Source of the DNA: Trichodelitschia bisporula
Lineage: Eukaryota
Assembly: GCA_010356995.1 (NCBI GenBank)
Contig: ML996702.1
Span: 124,001 to 188,000 of the forward strand
Direction of reading: 5' to 3'
DNA: 64,000 bases
Shown here: positions 63,476 through 64,000 of the stretch, piece by piece
How positions within the stretch are numbered: position 1 is the first letter of the stretch
Layout of the letters: each line of letters opens with the position of its first letter
Notes under the pieces: model-generated
Told to the model about the DNA's origin: nothing
Database searches by the model: none
The model's input: only the letters and a program-made list of their open reading frames with translations
Made by a program: the position numbers and the translations under genes

Positions 63476-64000
63476 ATGGCCAACACAACGTCGTCCACAA
63501 TGCGCGCCTGGATGCAGTCTGCCAGGGGCAGCATATTTGAGAAGGCTGTCCTTGCTGACATTCCGCTGCCTGGTGAGCCCACTGGCTCAGACATTCTCGT
63601 CAAAATCTCGCATGCCGCGCTAAACCCGGTTGATTTGGAGCTCGCACGTGTTATTCCCACCTTCTGGCCATTCCCGCATAATCGCGGCATCAGCCTGGAC
63701 TTCGCCGGTCGTGTCGAGCGTGCTGGGCCACTCGTCCCCCCGGAGCTGGGCCCTGGCGTCTCAGTCTGTGCCGCACTCGGTGTGGCGCAGGTGTGGGCTG
63801 GCAAGGGCGCTCTCGCGGAGTACATCGTTGTGCCTTGCAATCTGGTTGCGGTTACGCCTCAATCTCTGACGTCCGCCGTTGCCGCAGGACTCGGCATCAC
63901 CGGCCAAACCGTTGCATTGATGATGCGCGAGGCGAAGGTCAAGAGTGGCGACCGCGTGCTCGTGAACGGCGCGAGTGGCGGTGTCGGGTCACTATTGGTA
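63476..64000 (+). CDS. MDR-superfamily quinone-oxidoreductase-like protein (truncated by window end)
   Basis: MRAW..ILVKI..AALNPVD..DFAG.V..GALAEY..VLVNGASGGVG. Confidence 0.88.
   Translation, partial: MANTTSSTMRAWMQSARGSIFEKAVLADIPLPGEPTGSDILVKISHAALNPVDLELARVIPTFWPFPHNRGISLDFAGRVERAGPLVPPELGPGVSVCAALGVAQVWAGKGALAEYIVVPCNLVAVTPQSLTSAVAAGLGITGQTVALMMREAKVKSGDRVLVNGASGGVGSLLV

Overview
Gene-dense, GC-rich eukaryotic DNA from a filamentous ascomycete (inferred from short GT..CTRAC..YAG introns, Pezizomycotina-type 5S rRNA and gene content), with two assembly gaps (10945-10974, 18648-19012). About 27 protein genes. Recognisable ones: class III ADH, PCC1, PQ-loop transporter, cutinase, GH81 glucanase, ATG16, GAF-type fRMsr, SurE, RPA3, hybrid histidine kinase, POL3, rhomboid, TUL1, RIB1, MFS transporter and SSN3/CDK8. 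There is also a run of repeat-rich secreted/surface protein genes. The most notable non-coding structure is: (1) an intronic U14 snoRNA in an apparently non-coding host transcript; (2) a 200-bp-period tandem array of two 5S rRNA types that differ by compensatory changes; (3) a ~150-240 bp dispersed repeat family (6 copies plus a fragment) that always lies just 3' of a transcription unit and in the same orientation; (4) several long, mutually unrelated intergenic fold-backs, two with strand-specific G.U bias; (5) an identically spaced triple MCB-like module in both the POL3 and RPA3 promoters; (6) a strong C-rich-to-G-rich switch along genes. All calls are by-eye motif recognition; no database searches were run.
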